A program made the position numbers and the translations under genes. The notes beneath the pieces were generated by a model. It did no database searches. It saw only the letters and a program-made list of their open reading frames with translations, and was not told the DNA's origin. A DNA stretch of 64,000 nucleotides from NCBI RefSeq assembly GCF_006345805.1, contig NC_043004.1, positions 39,928,001-39,992,000 on the forward strand, written 5' to 3'. This DNA comes from Octopus sinensis (lineage: Eukaryota). Numbering within the stretch: position 1 is the first letter of the stretch; each line of letters starts with the position of its first letter. Shown in pieces: positions 61,094 through 64,000 of this stretch.

Positions 61094-62019
61094 ATATATA
61101 TATACTAGGTCAATAGTGGAATGCCTGTCATATCTACAGGAGATGTGGGTTTGAGTCCCACAGGTAGCCTTCAACTCAATATTTACATGCTATTATTTAT
61201 AGCTTTATCTACTTCAAGATCCATTGTCCCAAAAAAGAATTATTTCACATTCTCTTGAAAGTTTAAAAATTCTTATGGCATCAACAATGTGTATATGTGT
61301 GTGTGTATGGCGATGAACATATATATATATATATATATATAAATGCATCATGTAAATGGTAATTCAACTATCAGGTTAGCAGTTTCTTAAGAATGCCAAT
61401 AGATTTAAAGCAGTGGGATATGGGTAAGGATAAAACAGGAATAGAAAAGAAATAGTGGAAATCAAATGCTAGGTGCCACAAAAGACAAAAACAGAAGTTA
61501 AAAGTTCAGTAACTGAATAAAGAAAAAGATGGATTAAGGTGAGTTCATTGATGGATATGTTAAATAATGCAAATCTATATTTATTTAATCAATAATTTAC
61601 AGAGAAAATGGTAATCTCTCAAATGAACAAAGACTGAAAATGTTAGGCCAAATCATATTTCTTTTATATAAAATGTTTTTTTGGAAAAGATTCTAAATAC
61701 CACATCACATTTTTCTTCCAGAAAGAACAAAAGGAAAAACAAAATCCTTACTCTCAGCCAAGTTACACACAAACACACAAATCAATAATTAAAGAGGAAA
61801 GAAATATATAAAACTTCATCACACATGAAAAATATAGGCAGAAAGCAAGTAACAAGTCAATATAAAAGGTGAGAACTTCATTATGAATTTCTATACATTT
61901 TGTATGTATAATGTGATTGGCATACAGGCAGAGGGGCACAAGTATGATCATGTGGTTAAGAAGCTCACTTCAAAATCACATGGCTGTAGGATTGATACTA
62001 CAGTGTTGCACCTAAGATA

Positions 62020-62290
62020 ATTATATACTTGTGGGATGATGTCAGCAACTGGGGAGCTGACCGGAAGGGGCAGCAGTGATGCGGGCGCAGCAAGGGCAGC
62101 ATTCTGCCTTTTTGAGGCAGGTCACTGAGCGGGTAAGACGGCGTCAGCACGTTGTTAAGGTTGGGAGAAGCAGCTGCTATATCTAGCGTTCGGGTCGGGC
62201 TGTGTTGAAGGATCCATTACCGCTGAAGGGTCTCCATCTGAGCAAAGAGAAGGTAGGTGCCTTATTTCGAATCTCTCGCATACACCACAA
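62020..62290. other. GC- and CpG-rich segment of unknown origin inside a degenerate family A SINE
   Basis: A-head remnant before it (about 61930-62015) and A-body remnant after it (from about 62292). Confidence 0.5.
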
Positions 62291-63286
62291 TACTATAGTC
62301 ACAGATTAATCAAAACCTTTTGAGTGAATTTTTTTTGTAAATGGAAACTTTGCAGAATGCTGTTTGATGTTTATATGTATTTGTATTCCAAGCACGGAAA
62401 AAAACAAACACACAAAAGATATGAAATTGGGTGTTTCATTAAGGGAACATCCAGTATGAGCAAATGAAGGAATTCCACAATTCCAGGATTACTCTGACTA
62501 ACAATAGAAGGTAGCCTCTTCAAGATGTATCTTCCAGTTTACGGGCTCTTGCTGAGAGCAGGCTATTCACATGGGTCACACTTGCTATTATTGTTCAGCA
62601 AATTCTCAGGAGACAAGGACTTATCTTCCCAGCCTCACCTTTACCTCCAAGTGGAACTTGAAGAAGATTTGGACAAAGAAGTAAGTTGTCTCTCTTCAGT
62701 CTTTTTCCAGGTTGCCAACCACAGAGTTCTGCAACTGATATATTTGACAGAAACCTTTGAGGTGGTAACCCAGTATGAATGCAATCCAATGACATACTAG
62801 TAAATGAATAATGAAATAAAAATGTACTATATACATCAGAAACAATAGTATCATCATCATCACCAACTACTATTGTTGCTGTTACCCACCCCCTCTCTCT
62901 CTCAACAATGAAATGAGATAACATGAGTATCTGTTTTTCTATGTTGGAAAATGCTAAATGTTCTAAAGAGCTTGACATTTTCAAAATTCCTTTTGGTAAG
63001 ACTTCTAACAGAATCAGATGTCAATAACCAAGAATAAGAAGTGTGCGCAGGAGGCAAAGGCAGTTGTTTGGTTTCTCAATTGTGGAAAAGAAAAGACTGA
63101 TTACTGTTAAACGTCAACGGCAACCAACATAAGACAATATTTTTGCTGGAGGATTTACGAGAGACTGATAGACAGTTAGACTGACAGATTGACAAAAGAA
63201 GAGAAAGAGTGAGAGTGAAAGAAAAATGAAAACAATGAGAAACAGAGACATTGATATTCTTCGTTTGTTTCTTAGGAAACATCTAA

Positions 63287-63460
63287 CTCTTTAGCATTCA
63301 GATTACTCAGTCAAATTTCAAACTTTGATATTGTAATGATGTGATTGTATAGTTTTAGAATGACATTGTAGGGTAGGTGCAAGAGGCCAGGTTTGGACAG
63401 TTTGAGCATAAAACAGGTGGAACATTTGAGCTGGATATGGCCGTTTTAAATGCTAAAGGG
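63287..63460 (-). mobile_element. piggyBac-like MITE E, internally deleted
   Basis: CTCTTTAGCATT and AATGCTAAAGGG-TTAA termini. Confidence 0.78.
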
Positions 63461-63794
63461 TTAATGTGATCTAATGGCCAAACACAGCAGATGAGTATTA
63501 GTTTACAAAAACTAACTACAAGTGGAGAAATTTATGTACCTCAGGGTTAGATTTATTTATGACTGATGAGAAGCAGGAGGCTAAATTGGATGCTCAAACA
63601 GCAGGTGCTGGCACAGTAATGTGCCAGCCCTAGCATTTGATTCTCAGAAGCAAAGATGCTGGTAAAAAAAGCCAAGCTTGCCACCTTCAGTTCAATTTTG
63701 AAACCTATTCTCAGATATGGTCCTGAATGTTAGGTAATCACTGAAAGAATATGATCACAAATACAAGCAGCAAAAATGGGGTTCATCCAGAGAA

Positions 63795-64000
63795 TCATCA
63801 TCATCATCATCATCATCGCTTAACGTCCATCTTCCACGCATGCATTGTAGGACAGTTGATAGGAACTGGCCAGATAGAAAATCTACCCGAGACTACTGTG
63901 TCTGTTTTGACAGGGATTTTATGGCTGGATGCCCTTCCTAACACCAACCACTCTGCAAAGTGAACTCTGTACTTCTTACGTGACACAAGCACAGACAAAG
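63795..64000 (-). mobile_element. Family C element, diverged, cut by the window end
   Basis: (CAT)n tail and GGATGCCCTTCCTAACACCAACCAC core. Confidence 0.75.

Noticed and set aside
62207-62219. 18S rRNA 3' end (GAAGGATCATTA-like)
   Set aside because: It has an extra base and lacks the upstream conserved GTAGGTGAACCTGCG.
62640-62712. Exon ending AAAGAA/GTAAGT followed by an acceptor
   Set aside because: The implied intron is only about 30 nt, the flanking frames close, and there is no homology I recognise.

Overview
AT-rich eukaryotic genomic DNA that is dense in microsatellites and repeats. It is most likely from an octopus (coleoid cephalopod). That assignment comes from my recognition of the repeat families, not from a search. 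I found no confidently identifiable protein-coding gene, rRNA, true tRNA or CRISPR array, and almost every entry in the ORF track is a read-through of a SINE, a LINE tail or a microsatellite. The window looks intronic or intergenic, with a few weak exon candidates. It is dominated by: (A) at least 20 copies of a tRNA-headed CORE-type SINE with an internal microsatellite; (B) five copies of a short tRNA-headed SINE with a Meta-like domain, all with a flanking target-site duplication (TSD) or TSD-like repeat; (C) about 17 copies of a headless element ending in (GAT)n, which at three loci connects to the ORF2 C-terminus of an RTE LINE and carries a variable array of hairpin-containing units; (D) SINEs built from shuffled head, core and tail modules, including a dimer enclosed by a single TSD; (E) TTAA-flanked piggyBac-like MITEs, a Charlie-type hAT MITE, a MITE with 29-bp terminal inverted repeats (TIRs) and internal TTAGGG repeats, and a mariner remnant; (F) several Penelope-like remnants with hammerhead-ribozyme motifs, two arranged as inverted pairs; (G) a TSD-bounded, 5'-truncated BovB-like RTE fragment. 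I cannot support a wholly new biological system. The best leads are the RTE-3'UTR-derived element with its hairpin array, the hammerhead-bearing inverted Penelope-like structures, and the SINE dimer and module shuffling. Coordinates were counted by hand, so ends of degenerate repeats are approximate (about 10-20 bp). Family names A, B, C, E, F and G are my own labels.
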